Part shown: one piece after another, positions 40,690 to 50,910 of the stretch
Layout of the letters: each line of letters starts with the position of its first letter
How positions within the stretch are numbered: the first letter of the stretch is position 1
Assembly (NCBI GenBank): GCA_050011875.1
Contig: JBEKIG010000001.1
Coordinates: 96,001-160,000 of the forward strand
DNA length: 64,000 bases
DNA from: Nitrososphaeria archaeon
GTDB lineage: Archaea > Thermoproteota > Nitrososphaeria > JACIWG01
Direction: 5' to 3'
Program-made: the position numbers and the translations under genes
Notes under the pieces: model-generated
Database searches by the model: none
The model's input: the letters and a program-made list of their open reading frames with translations, nothing else
What the model was told of the DNA's origin: nothing

Positions 40690-41376
40690 TCAAGAATCCT
40701 CACTTGCTTGATAGGGTCTTTCATATAACCTATTTTCCACACCATTTTCCTTTGCAGCCTTTTTCCATGCAGCGTCTCCGAACCAGGTGTACATCAGTGG
40801 GGATACCAGCGGCCTCTTCATTAGTTTTAGTGCCTCATCAGGTAACGGTTTATCTTCGCAAATTGAGTTTGCGACAAGTTCTAATGCTTTTCTAACGCCG
40901 CCACCTATTCTTCCTACGTCTTCGAGGTTTGTTCCTCCAATCGCCCCTCCACCTCCTAATGCAAGACCTCCGATCCATTCAATTTTTGTTTCTGAAGCAA
41001 ATTTCCTACAGATAGCATGAGCAGTCTCACTCTGGCTTGCTTCTGGAAAACCGCTATTTGATAACGAAAGTATCTTCTGTTTTTTGGGCTCTTTTTGTAG
41101 CGAACGGTGTTTAAAAATCAGTTCTAACAGAGCAATGACTTGCGATGGAATGTTGTCCACGTACAATGGAAACGTAAGTATTAAAAGATCAGCATCATCA
41201 ATAGATTGAAGTATGTGAACGGCATCTTTATCGGTTTTCATGGCATCATAAATGTAGATCTTATCGCTTACAAAACCTTGTTTCTCTAATTTTTTTATGA
41301 GATAGTCCCCTAAAGCATTTGATGTGCTAGCGTAACTTTTTGGGCTTCCTATAAGAAGTATTACATGTTTAGACAT
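40690..41376 (-). CDS. Flavodoxin-like NAD(P)H-dependent oxidoreductase
   Basis: GSPK..STS, FPLYVD and NSGFPE motifs. Confidence 0.85.
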   Translation of the reverse strand: MSKHVILLIGSPKSYASTSNALGDYLIKKLEKQGFVSDKIYIYDAMKTDKDAVHILQSIDDADLLILTFPLYVDNIPSQVIALLELIFKHRSLQKEPKKQKILSLSNSGFPEASQSETAHAICRKFASETKIEWIGGLALGGGGAIGGTNLEDVGRIGGGVRKALELVANSICEDKPLPDEALKLMKRPLVSPLMYTWFGDAAWKKAAKENGVENRLYERPYQASEDS

Positions 41377-41378
41377 TT

Positions 41379-42005
41379 TTAATCAATAACCTCTGCTATA
41401 GCTTCAGCAACTTTTTTGTATACGTCTTCTGTGGCGTCGTTGGGATAGACGACTCTTGTTGAATACTTTTCGCTGTAGAAGTTTATGGAATTACGTTCGA
41501 TCAGCTTTTTGAATATCGTTTCACTTTCTTGGTCAGAACTTGGAAGGAAACCTATTCCAACCATTTTCGGATACTTCTCATATCGCGCACTGTGGTGTAT
41601 TTCGCCTCCAATTTTCGTATAAAAGGGTAGGATGTTTGGTATCATACGTTCAAGAGCTTTCTTCAACCCTGGCGAATATCCTCCAAAAACGATAGGAGAA
41701 AGAAGGATAACTAGGTCACTTTGGACATTTTCCTTTGCAATAGAGCGCCCTACATCATCTATTACGCACATACCCGGCGTCTTTTTCCAACAATCAAAAC
41801 AGCCTAAGCAACTTGATATATTTTGATCGCGGAGAATTAATGCTTTGATTTGGCAATTTCTTTTCTTTAGAATATCCTGAATCTTGTCCATTATGCAAGC
41901 TGATATAGAATCCTCTTTTCTGGACCCATCAAGGATTAAAGCCTTCATATAATCATCATTCGATAATATTGGTAAAACTTCTGCATGACTAGATAAACTT
42001 TTCAC
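41379..42005 (-). CDS. Iron-sulfur flavoprotein-like flavodoxin
   Basis: CLGCFDCW...C, SPIVFGGYS and GEIHH..RY motifs. Confidence 0.85.
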   Translation of the reverse strand: MKSLSSHAEVLPILSNDDYMKALILDGSRKEDSISACIMDKIQDILKKRNCQIKALILRDQNISSCLGCFDCWKKTPGMCVIDDVGRSIAKENVQSDLVILLSPIVFGGYSPGLKKALERMIPNILPFYTKIGGEIHHSARYEKYPKMVGIGFLPSSDQESETIFKKLIERNSINFYSEKYSTRVVYPNDATEDVYKKVAEAIAEVID

Positions 42006-42685
42006 AAAATAGCAAGAAGCTCTTTAAGATTGTTGACCTCATAATCCGGGATCTCAAAATCGTTTATAGGATTGAGGTTGACCATAACACCTTGCTTTAC
42101 CCTTATAGTCCTAAAACCTAGCACCTTAGACGGCCCAATGTCGATATCAAGTCTGTCACCGATCATTGTCGAATCTTCAGGACTACATTCCGCCATCTTC
42201 AATGCCAGCTGGAATATCCTTGTATTCGGTTTCCTCAGCTTAACCTGCTCAGACAAGACTGTTACACTAAAATATTCTGCGAGCCCAAAAGAGTTTATCC
42301 TTTGCCTTGTGTCCACTGGTTGGTTAGCTATTATACCTAACTTAAACCTTCTACTTAGCTCAGAAACCGTTTTTAAAGCGTCAGGATAAGGCTCCATTTT
42401 TTCCAGATACCTTTTCAAAGCATATCTTTTATATCGTTCAACAATTTTCAGCATGATTTTCTTATCACTCGAAAAGTGTTCGGTGAGCCTTTTTACAAGC
42501 CCAAAATATGCTGCGCCGCCAAAACTTCTCTCCTCAATTATCCTCTTTAAAGCTTCATCAAAATCTTCATGAGTGATCTTAGCTCCTGAACGCTCAATCA
42601 TTTCATAAACGTACCCAAACAGGTACTTGTCAAATGTCTCCTCATTAACAAGAGTTGACCCAATGTCGAAAAACAGCCACTTCAT
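42002..42685 (-). CDS. HAD-superfamily hydrolase
   Basis: FFDIGSTL, ANQ, KP and GDRLDIDI motifs. Confidence 0.92.
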   Translation of the reverse strand: MKWLFFDIGSTLVNEETFDKYLFGYVYEMIERSGAKITHEDFDEALKRIIEERSFGGAAYFGLVKRLTEHFSSDKKIMLKIVERYKRYALKRYLEKMEPYPDALKTVSELSRRFKLGIIANQPVDTRQRINSFGLAEYFSVTVLSEQVKLRKPNTRIFQLALKMAECSPEDSTMIGDRLDIDIGPSKVLGFRTIRVKQGVMVNLNPINDFEIPDYEVNNLKELLAIL

Positions 42686-42966
42686 TTTCCCTGAACAAAC
42701 CTCCCAAAACAGGCAATTTAACGATTTATTTGATTTATATTTATTTTACTCTAGCTTTTACTAGTACTAGCATGCTAGCTAATAATAAAGTGAAGCTGAA
42801 TGGAAACATCGATACCAAAGATGCGGATTCTATTAAAACTGCAGCGGGAGGCGGTGAGAGAGCCTATGTGGCCTGGAAGGTAGTCTGAGAGAGGCTGTAT
42901 GCTTCGTAATATAAATCTTTTTGGGAACCGTTAAATATCTGCTTTTAAAAATAAAGAAAGAGTCTA

Positions 42967-43185
42967 ATGAAGATAGGAGCGTGCAGTATAGCCTGCGAAA
43001 AATGTCCTAGTATGGTTCAAAACAAGTGCCCGAGTGGGCAACATAGATGTATGCCGAAGGAAAATGAATTCTGTCAAATAGCAACTTGCGCCTATTATAA
43101 GGGAGTTAAACTATGTTTGAATGCCCTAGTTTCTAGGCATGGGCCAATTGATTGCGTATGGTTGATAGAATATGATAGGGTCTAA
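42967..43185 (+). pseudogene. Small Cys-rich (DUF3795-like) protein, probably frameshifted near 43115
   Basis: GACSIACEKCP..C..C..CQIATCA; restoring one base gives the expected CFECPSF. Confidence 0.5.
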
Positions 43186-44293
43186 CAGGGAACGTTTTCT
43201 TGCAATGCTGGAACATAGGATACCTGATAAGGTGCCGATAACGGATTTGGACATAGACGGCTCAATCGTAGAAAAGATCACAGGAGTAAATACAAGTGGA
43301 GGTGGGCAGCAATCTCCTATGATAGATAGAAGAACCGGCTGGAAGAAGGTTCTAAGGGACGTCGACGCACTAATTGATGCGCACAGGGCATTAGACTTTG
43401 ACGCCTTTTTGCTCACTAACTACAGAATGTCAAGGAAAGGGTATAAGCCTAAATTCCTCGATAAGGAAACTTTTGTTGACGAATGGGGTAGAAGGATGAG
43501 GATAAGAAAGGATACAGGTATAGTATGGTATTGTGGGGGAACGATAAACACAGAGGAAGAGCTTGAGGCGTTCAACCCCCCTAATGTGCACGAACCCGGT
43601 AGAGAAGAGGTCCTCCTCCATGCAATAAAGAATGCAGGGGAAGAAATGGCTGTTGGAGGAGAGGTGCAAACTGGTTTTGTAATATCCTGGGAGGCAAGAG
43701 GCGGCTTGGACAAGTTGGTAATAGACATGTATAGAAATCCCACATTTGCGAAGAAGGTGATGAAAAAGTTCGCAGATGCTTGCTTTGAATTCGCTAAGAT
43801 GATGTTAGATGACGGTGTTGATCTTTTAGTTTTGACCGACGATTACGCCGACAATCATGGTCCAATCATAAGCCCAGCTCTTTTCAGAGAATTTGAGCTC
43901 TCATACCTAAAGCGTGTTATAGAAACTGCAAATAACAGGAATGTTCCTGTCATGAAACACAGCGATGGTAACCTGTATCCTCTATTAGACGACCTTATCG
44001 ATGCAGGTATTTCAGGATTACATCCCATCGAGCCCGGACCAATGGATATAGCTGATGTAAAAAAGAGATATGGTGATAGAATATTTTTGGGAGGCAATGT
44101 CGACTGTAAAAGGATCCTACCTTTTGGTTCAGAATCAGATGTTAGAAAAGACGTTAGAAGGGTAATCGATGCCGCAGGAAAGAACGGTGGGCTCGTACTT
44201 ACGTCAAGTAATTCCCTGCACTCAGGTGTGAAGGTTGATAACATATTCACAATGGTCGACGAAGCTAGAAAATATGGTAAATATATAACGTAG
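43172..44293 (+). CDS. Uroporphyrinogen decarboxylase / MtaA-CmuA family protein
   Basis: DEWG, DDYAD, KHSDGN, GGNVD and SSNS motifs. Confidence 0.88.
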   Translation: MIGSNRERFLAMLEHRIPDKVPITDLDIDGSIVEKITGVNTSGGGQQSPMIDRRTGWKKVLRDVDALIDAHRALDFDAFLLTNYRMSRKGYKPKFLDKETFVDEWGRRMRIRKDTGIVWYCGGTINTEEELEAFNPPNVHEPGREEVLLHAIKNAGEEMAVGGEVQTGFVISWEARGGLDKLVIDMYRNPTFAKKVMKKFADACFEFAKMMLDDGVDLLVLTDDYADNHGPIISPALFREFELSYLKRVIETANNRNVPVMKHSDGNLYPLLDDLIDAGISGLHPIEPGPMDIADVKKRYGDRIFLGGNVDCKRILPFGSESDVRKDVRRVIDAAGKNGGLVLTSSNSLHSGVKVDNIFTMVDEARKYGKYIT

Positions 44294-44391
44294 AATGGAT
44301 CTTATAAAATCGACATCGAATAAATGGCTTGCTGTCAGCCATATAAATTTATAAAAGAAGAATTCCCATTTTAAGGATGAGGTTTTAGAAT

Positions 44392-45588
44392 TTGAAGGTT
44401 ACAGATATTAAACCGTTCTCTAGACCTGTTATCGGAAAGGTTATCGGAAAACCGGTTTTTCAAGATGCAATAAATTATGGTGGGAACATTATCCGATGGA
44501 CATATACTGAAATTTTGACTGATGAAGGGATTACAGGAATAATTCCATACGACATGTCAGCCTATATGCTGGAGTTACTGAAGCCAGCCGTAGTCGGAGA
44601 AGATCCAATGGATATTCAGAAGATATGGAATCGAATGTATTGGAGGAGCTTTAATGAAGGACGAAAAGGATCCGCGATCATTGCTATGAGTCAGATCGAC
44701 ATCGGGCTATGGGATATTGTCGGAAAGAAGCTTAAAACGCCTGTCTACAGGCTTCTCGGAGGTTACAGAGATAGGGTTCCGGGATACGGAAGCGGTGGTG
44801 TTCTTTCATTAAGCAGGGATCAGCTGGTCAAAGAACAATTAAACTGGGTGGAGGCTGGATTCAGGGCCATAAAGATGAAGGTTGGGCGACGCGATCCGAG
44901 GGAAGATTCAGAAAGAGTCAGGGTTGTGCGACAAGCGGTAGGAAACAACATAGACCTGATGGTTGATGCAAACAATGGCTGGACCACAAGCACAGCTATT
45001 CAGATGGCTAAAAGACTGGAACGTTTTGATGTCAGATGGCTAGAAGAGCCTGTCGTTGCGGAAGACTATGAAGGTTATGCTAGAGTTTCTGCATCCACGG
45101 ATATTCCAATTGCTGGAGGAGAAAGCGAATATACAAAATTCGGGTTCAAAGAGCTTTTCGTCAGAAAATGTGTTGACATATGCCAAGCTGATGTAGGTAA
45201 AGTGGGAGGAATAACAGAGTACATGAAGATATCAGCCATGGCCGAAGCGTTCAACATACCTATGTGTCCACATGGTCTAGGCTTAGTCAGTGCACATTGT
45301 GTTGCGGCAACTTCTAACGGTATGACTGTAGAGTTCTTCGATGGGAACCGGCTACCCAACAACACAATAAGGAAGTTTCAAGAAGATACCGGACGAAAGT
45401 TCATGCCAAACAGCATTCAACCAATTAAGGGATGGATTGATCTTCCAAAAGTTCCCGGCTTAGGGTTAGATCCTGACTTGGACGCTATAGAAGAATATCG
45501 TAGAAAGTACAAATTCAAAAACGAAGAATTATACGAAGGACCTGGAACTAAACCTCCGTTTAACAACAACATGTTTCTCTCACTATAA
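44392..45588 (+). CDS. Mandelate racemase/muconate lactonizing enzyme family protein
   Basis: IDIGLWDIVGK, KMKVG, MVDAN, WLEEP, GGESE and H motifs. Confidence 0.93.
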   Translation: MKVTDIKPFSRPVIGKVIGKPVFQDAINYGGNIIRWTYTEILTDEGITGIIPYDMSAYMLELLKPAVVGEDPMDIQKIWNRMYWRSFNEGRKGSAIIAMSQIDIGLWDIVGKKLKTPVYRLLGGYRDRVPGYGSGGVLSLSRDQLVKEQLNWVEAGFRAIKMKVGRRDPREDSERVRVVRQAVGNNIDLMVDANNGWTTSTAIQMAKRLERFDVRWLEEPVVAEDYEGYARVSASTDIPIAGGESEYTKFGFKELFVRKCVDICQADVGKVGGITEYMKISAMAEAFNIPMCPHGLGLVSAHCVAATSNGMTVEFFDGNRLPNNTIRKFQEDTGRKFMPNSIQPIKGWIDLPKVPGLGLDPDLDAIEEYRRKYKFKNEELYEGPGTKPPFNNNMFLSL

Positions 45589-45748
45589 AGATAGAAGAAA
45601 AGAAAAAAATAGATGTTTCAAATAATGCGACTTCATAGGTAGTTAGAATTTTTTGCTGTGTTGATGATCTCCTTCTGATCTTGGTTAAAGGAAGGATTAA
45701 TAGTTTTGATATAGAAATGATTAAATCAATCTAGATTAATAAATAAAG

Positions 45749-46627
45749 TTGATAATCTTGGAAAAGGCTCCCTTTTTAGAAAAGATACTTGTTCTGGCGG
45801 ACGGTTCTCCATTAAGCAATTTGGCAATGGATACATCCGTGAGAATGGTCAAGAAGACGGATGCAAAGGTGACAGTGCTACACGTTATACCTGACAGAGC
45901 GTTGTACTCTGGTTTCTATCCTGAAAACATTCCTTATGATGTGATAACCAAAATTTTGGATGGCTTGGAAGAAAAGGGAAAGAAGATAATAAGTGAAGCT
46001 CAAGAACTATTCAAAAAAGAGGGAATAGATGTTGAAGCACGGATCATTAGAGGACCTGACCCAGCAGAAGTCGCGCTCGAATATTCGAGACAGGAATTTG
46101 ATATCATTATAGTCGGCGCAAGAGGTGAAGACGAAAAAGATCCCAGAATGCTTGGAAGTATTACTAGGAAGGTTGTAATGAATGCCACAGTCCCTACTCT
46201 CATAATCAAGAAGGAATGCCCTCTGGAGCGAATTCTCGTTTGTGTCGATGGATCTGAACATTCAATTGTAGCCCTAGACTATATTTCAAAGCTAGCCCAA
46301 GAGATGGGGTCAAAGATTTCGATTATTAACGTAGAAGAACGTAAACTCTACGATATGTCGCCCAAGACCGCTGTAGAAGGTGGCCAATTAGTCATCACGC
46401 ACGCCCTCTCTCGCATCGGTAAGCCTGACCTACCTGTAGACAAAAGAGTTGAATTCGGGGTAACCCCGGATGTCTTAGTTGAAGTCGCAGAAAAAGAAAA
46501 CATTGACTTAATAGTCATGGGAAGTAGAGGTCTAGGAACCGTAAGACGATTCTTACTTGGAAGCGTCAGCGATGACGTCAGCCAAAAAGCTAGAACTTCT
46601 GTCCTGATAGTTCCATGGAGAAAATAG
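45749..46627 (+). CDS. Tandem universal stress protein
   Basis: Two UspA domains (DGS; GSRG..LLGSVS). Confidence 0.93.
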   Translation: MIILEKAPFLEKILVLADGSPLSNLAMDTSVRMVKKTDAKVTVLHVIPDRALYSGFYPENIPYDVITKILDGLEEKGKKIISEAQELFKKEGIDVEARIIRGPDPAEVALEYSRQEFDIIIVGARGEDEKDPRMLGSITRKVVMNATVPTLIIKKECPLERILVCVDGSEHSIVALDYISKLAQEMGSKISIINVEERKLYDMSPKTAVEGGQLVITHALSRIGKPDLPVDKRVEFGVTPDVLVEVAEKENIDLIVMGSRGLGTVRRFLLGSVSDDVSQKARTSVLIVPWRK

Positions 46628-46732
46628 ATCCAAGGAGTAGCCACCTTCGTGAATATCCTTTGAAGTGTGTTTTAAAGGTATTTTTGAATGTATTGTCAAA
46701 TAGCTAATAAAATGTTTCTATACTAAACGTTT

Positions 46733-47620
46733 ATGTGCTCTCCAAACATATCAGCTCTAAGATGCCCATTTATGGAGTACAAAGATTTTGGTAGGGCGAA
46801 GGTCAAAGTTTCTGCAATAGGAATGGGTACGTTCTTTGACGCAAAAGGTATAATGGAATCATGGATCCTTGGTCATTATGGGAACGAAAAGGAAAAGATT
46901 GATGCATTGAAGAAAGGAATAGAACTTGGCATCAATTTTATAGATACAGCGGAAGTATATCGCACAGAGAAATATATTGGTAAAGTCGTCAAAGCCTATA
47001 AAAGGGAGGACCTATTCATCGCGACAAAGGTTTATTCATGGCATCTAAGGTATGAACAGGTCTTAAAAGCAGCCAAACGGAGCCTAAGCAGGCTCCAGAC
47101 TTCTTACATCGACCTCTACCAGATACATATGCCAAATTCTAGAGTTCCCATTAAGGAAACCATGAGTGCGATGAAGCAACTTATTAAGGAAGGAAAGATA
47201 AGATATGTTGGAGTAAGTAACTTCTCACTTGACCAAGTTAAGGAGGCGGACAGCGAATTTTCGAACTCTGAACTGGTTTCCGTCCAAAACAAATACAATC
47301 TAGTGGACCGAGGTTTAGAAGTCGACATACTACCATACTGCATTAAGAATAACATAGTTGTAATACCATATTTCCCGCTGGCACACGGCAAACTTACAAA
47401 ACCTTCTCGGAAGCAGAAAGAAGTTTTAGACCATATCTCCGAGAAGTATGGAGGAAAGACACCGGCTCAAATAGCCTTGAACTGGTTCCTTTCCAAGAGT
47501 AAAATAGTCTTTCCAATCCCAAGAGCTTCTAAACCAAGTAGGATCATAGAAAATGTTGGAGCAATAGGTTGGACAATGGAAAAAGATGACATCATCACGT
47601 TAGAAAATACTTTCCAATGA
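46733..47620 (+). CDS. Aldo/keto reductase
   Basis: IDTAEVY, ATK, DLYQIH, GVSNF and IPRAS motifs; probable start ATG at 46772. Confidence 0.94.
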   Translation: MCSPNISALRCPFMEYKDFGRAKVKVSAIGMGTFFDAKGIMESWILGHYGNEKEKIDALKKGIELGINFIDTAEVYRTEKYIGKVVKAYKREDLFIATKVYSWHLRYEQVLKAAKRSLSRLQTSYIDLYQIHMPNSRVPIKETMSAMKQLIKEGKIRYVGVSNFSLDQVKEADSEFSNSELVSVQNKYNLVDRGLEVDILPYCIKNNIVVIPYFPLAHGKLTKPSRKQKEVLDHISEKYGGKTPAQIALNWFLSKSKIVFPIPRASKPSRIIENVGAIGWTMEKDDIITLENTFQ

Positions 47621-47640
47621 TAATTAAATGATATAACATC

Positions 47641-48069
47641 TCAAGCGGAATTCGAATTTTCCTTCGTTTTTTTGTCAAAACATTTTTTCAAAGGATTCCA
47701 GTAATAGTCGATCCAGCCTTGCCTATAATATTCCGCTTGTTCTGTGGGAACTTTAGAATGCGTCATATTAACTACTGTGCCACTTTTGGTCTTCTTGAAC
47801 GTGAGCTTGAAGATCGAAGGTGGATAACCCGACGGCCATTCTGACGTCTTCCATTCCTGCACTATCTTCTTTCCTTTCACAAGTTCTAAATTCTTTCCAG
47901 ATATATAACCATCGCCTGCAGTAAATTTCTGTCCAACCTCAGGCACCCCCGTAGCCTTGTCACCAGTAAAAGCCGAGTGCACTTCAGGGTTCATAAAGGC
48001 TTCATAAAGCTCCTCAGGAGATGCTATTACAATTATCTTCTGCTTCAAGGTTGATGTCTTAAATTCCAT
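47641..48069 (-). CDS. SRPBCC/AHSA1-like domain protein
   Basis: KIVQEW and GWIDYYWNPLK motifs. Confidence 0.88.
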   Translation of the reverse strand: MEFKTSTLKQKIIVIASPEELYEAFMNPEVHSAFTGDKATGVPEVGQKFTAGDGYISGKNLELVKGKKIVQEWKTSEWPSGYPPSIFKLTFKKTKSGTVVNMTHSKVPTEQAEYYRQGWIDYYWNPLKKCFDKKTKENSNSA

Positions 48070-48114
48070 GAAATCCACGTAAAATATGTTACGTATAAGC
48101 AATAAATAAATTTT

Positions 48115-48132
48115 ACCCGTATATGTTCGGGT
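48115..48132. promoter_or_regulatory. Palindrome ACCCG-N8-CGGGT, candidate operator of the HTH-10 regulator
   Basis: Lies just upstream of the BRE/TATA of the SRPBCC gene, between divergent genes. Confidence 0.45.
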
Positions 48133-48218
48133 TATTTTTTCGCCCGGTGTTATAATTCTTTTCTAAAAAAGCGATAGATATTTACATAAGCGTTCCTCTA
48201 ATATGTTTGTGAGTACAT

Positions 48219-48863
48219 CTGACTGACAATAAACAGGCTGAGCCCTACCACATAACTATTGAGATAGAGAACAAACAGTGCAAGATACTGAAAATGTTGG
48301 AACATCTTAATATACAGCATTTTGAAATGACCGATATCAGGAGTTACGCCCAACGTTCGACCGGACATCTTGTTAAGATGTCCAGGGAACAATTCAACAA
48401 ATTGCCTAGAAATTTCGTTGGAACTCAGACGGGTAACGTATCTGAGGGAGAAGCATCGGTATGGCTCAATAGTAAAGGTTGTGATGTCTGTGGAACAATA
48501 TTATCTAATGAATCATTCCTCGTGTCTGGAAGAAACATAGAGGGGTACACAATTGTCTACAGCTTTATAACGCCTAATTTTGACGCTTTCAAGAACATTA
48601 TATCAACTTTAGAAGATAAGGGTTTTAAACCAAAGATAATGGAAGTTGGAAAATACACACCGAAGGGTAAGATCTTGACGAAAAAGCAGGAGAGCGTGCT
48701 ATGGTTTGCATTTAACATGGGCTTCTTTGACTATCCTAGGAAGATCAATTCGATAGAGCTTTCAAAAAAACTGGGAATAGGTGTTTCCACGTTTTCTGAA
48801 GTCACTAGAAGAGGTATACATAGATTGTTAGAGCACCATCTTGAGACCTTGGACTCCAGTTAA
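48219..48863 (+). CDS. Bacterio-opsin activator-type (HTH-10) transcriptional regulator
   Basis: LTKKQ..L..A..MGFFDYPRK...ELSKKLGI..ST. The frame is open upstream to a CTG at 48219 with a GTGA RBS. Confidence 0.88.
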   Translation: MTDNKQAEPYHITIEIENKQCKILKMLEHLNIQHFEMTDIRSYAQRSTGHLVKMSREQFNKLPRNFVGTQTGNVSEGEASVWLNSKGCDVCGTILSNESFLVSGRNIEGYTIVYSFITPNFDAFKNIISTLEDKGFKPKIMEVGKYTPKGKILTKKQESVLWFAFNMGFFDYPRKINSIELSKKLGIGVSTFSEVTRRGIHRLLEHHLETLDSS

Positions 48864-48930
48864 AATCTAGAAAAAGCAATCCAAAGTCTCAGCTAAGTCG
48901 ATTTAATAGAGGAAGCGATCTTTTTGTATG

Positions 48931-49314
48931 CTATCTTCTAGTGAGAATTGTTATAACATATATTCCTATCACTATAACTAATATGCCCATGATTATGAAA
49001 ATAGAGGATAGCAGAAACCATATTCCAAAGCCTTTGACAACTTGTAAATAGAACGCTAAACCTAACAGAACTAAGATTATACCTCCGATTAAGGGACCAA
49101 TGAACTTGAACCTCCCTCCGCCATATCTGTTCCATCTCTCGTCCCTCATTCTTCTTCTTTCTTCCCTCCATTCCCTTTTCGCGTCCCTAATTTCCGCTTT
49201 AGCACGGTCTCTTATGTCTTCATATTGTGAGCCTTTAAGAGAAGTGCCGCACTTCGAACAAAATGCCATTGTTTCATCCACTTCTGAACCACACTTTGGA
49301 CAATAAGGCATCAA
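48931..49314 (-). CDS. Zinc-ribbon membrane protein
   Basis: CPKCG..FCSKCG followed by two TM helices. Confidence 0.85.
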   Translation of the reverse strand: MMPYCPKCGSEVDETMAFCSKCGTSLKGSQYEDIRDRAKAEIRDAKREWREERRRMRDERWNRYGGGRFKFIGPLIGGIILVLLGLAFYLQVVKGFGIWFLLSSIFIIMGILVIVIGIYVITILTRR

Positions 49315-49395
49315 ATTACCCCTTTATATCAGAGTCAATATTAACAAGCAGAATATTTAAAGTTGTCAGCGTAAAATAAAAAAATTAAATAGAGG

Positions 49396-49920
49396 GTGAA
49401 AATCACGTACTACGATAAATATTTGAATGACGATAATACTTTGGTTAGGTCAAAGCATTTTGAATATGTGATCGGTATTGTCTCTTTCGGAAGTTTCATA
49501 ATATTAATTGGGGTCATATCGGTTTTAACTCCGAGCTTATTTGGAAAAATTGAAGATTTCTTTCGAGATTTCCACTTAACTAAGCTTCCCCATACCCAAA
49601 ATGTCTTTCTTCCAGCGCCGGCAGATCCTGGCGCTCATTTAGCCCTCTACAACGCAGTCGGTCTGTTCTGTCTGTTATGGGGATCCTTCCAAATTTTGGT
49701 TTTAGTGTTTAGGCTTCTGCTGAACTTGTCAACAGTTAGCAAGGCTAGAACTGTTTCCGATATAATCTTCTGGCTGGGTTCTTACTACCTAATCAGTGTT
49801 TTCCTAAATGGAACCTTAACTTTAACCTCTTGGTTCGCATTTTGGGCAACGATAATAATACTTTTGGGCATCTCACTATTAGCTAGAGCAATTCTTCTAG
49901 CTTTCAGCTCACATATATGA
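49396..49920 (+). CDS. Hypothetical membrane protein (4 TM)
   Basis: Four hydrophobic segments. Confidence 0.65.
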   Translation: MKITYYDKYLNDDNTLVRSKHFEYVIGIVSFGSFIILIGVISVLTPSLFGKIEDFFRDFHLTKLPHTQNVFLPAPADPGAHLALYNAVGLFCLLWGSFQILVLVFRLLLNLSTVSKARTVSDIIFWLGSYYLISVFLNGTLTLTSWFAFWATIIILLGISLLARAILLAFSSHI

Positions 49921-50024
49921 CAGAACCGATCAGTCTTTAATGCATGTTGCAAAAGAAAATAGAGTCAAGTGTACAAAAAAATTGCCTTGAAGAATTATAA
50001 TGGATATACTCTTATTATTAATAA

Positions 50025-50225
50025 ATGAACAAGAAGAACGAAATCATGAAACTAAAAAGAGCCAGAAAACTTGGGCTTAGGCTTGAAGAAATATTGAAGG
50101 AACGAATATATAGAACAGGAACAAAATTGCTAGAACTACAGCACGAGAGAAGAAAAATGGAAGAAAGAATCATAAAGTTGGAAAGTAAAACAAGTCGTAG
50201 GGTTAAAAATTCAACAAATTCTTAA
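50025..50225 (+). CDS. Small basic coiled-coil hypothetical protein
   Basis: ATG start after an AT-rich promoter-like region; heptad-like pattern. Confidence 0.4.
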   Translation: MNKKNEIMKLKRARKLGLRLEEILKERIYRTGTKLLELQHERRKMEERIIKLESKTSRRVKNSTNS

Positions 50226-50255
50226 TCTAACAATAGGTCTCGCATCCAAAAAATT

Positions 50256-50897
50256 CTAAATGTTCATTTTTGGCACTTGTTGACCAGAGACAACGTACAC
50301 AACAGAATCACCTATGTAAGTAGCATGGTCGGCTATTCTCTCGAGATATCGAAGAATAAGGATAGATGATATCGAACATTTAATGTCGGCATTGGACTGC
50401 GTAGACACCTGCCTTAAAGCATCTACATATATTTTGTCAATAACGTCGTCCATCTCTCTAACCTCCTTCGCAACTGTTACATTTTTTTCAACAAAGGCTT
50501 GGATGCTGAGTTTTATCATTTCCTTCGCCTGCTCACCCGCTTTTAACACTTCAGTTTTATCGCATGTCGAAAGGTTGCCAACGATTCTTAACACCTGTGA
50601 TATGTCAAACGCATATCTTCCAAATCGTGAGAAGCCATAGCTTATCTCCATGCATGACTTCAAAAACCTAACGTCAGATGCCACTGGCTGATATCTAGAT
50701 ATTATTTCGACTGCCAGCTCGTTTACATCATCCTCCATCTTTCGCAGTTGAAGAGATCGCGCATAGATCATATCCGCCAGGTCTTGTCCCTCACTGTAAG
50801 AGTTGATCGCCGTGAACACGGTTGCCTCCGAATAGTCCGCCATTTCCATGATCATACTCTTCAACCTTTCAAGCCCCATATCCATTAATCTGACCAT
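50256..50897 (-). CDS. phoU: Phosphate signalling protein PhoU
   Basis: QPVASDVR and RYLERIADHA motifs. Confidence 0.95.
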   Translation of the reverse strand: MVRLMDMGLERLKSMIMEMADYSEATVFTAINSYSEGQDLADMIYARSLQLRKMEDDVNELAVEIISRYQPVASDVRFLKSCMEISYGFSRFGRYAFDISQVLRIVGNLSTCDKTEVLKAGEQAKEMIKLSIQAFVEKNVTVAKEVREMDDVIDKIYVDALRQVSTQSNADIKCSISSILILRYLERIADHATYIGDSVVYVVSGQQVPKMNI

Positions 50898-50910
50898 TTC
50901 TTTTCACCTT

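Noticed and set aside
45659-45700. Possible C/D box sRNA (TTGATGA...CTGA)
   Set aside because: The guide interval is too short and there is no second box pair.
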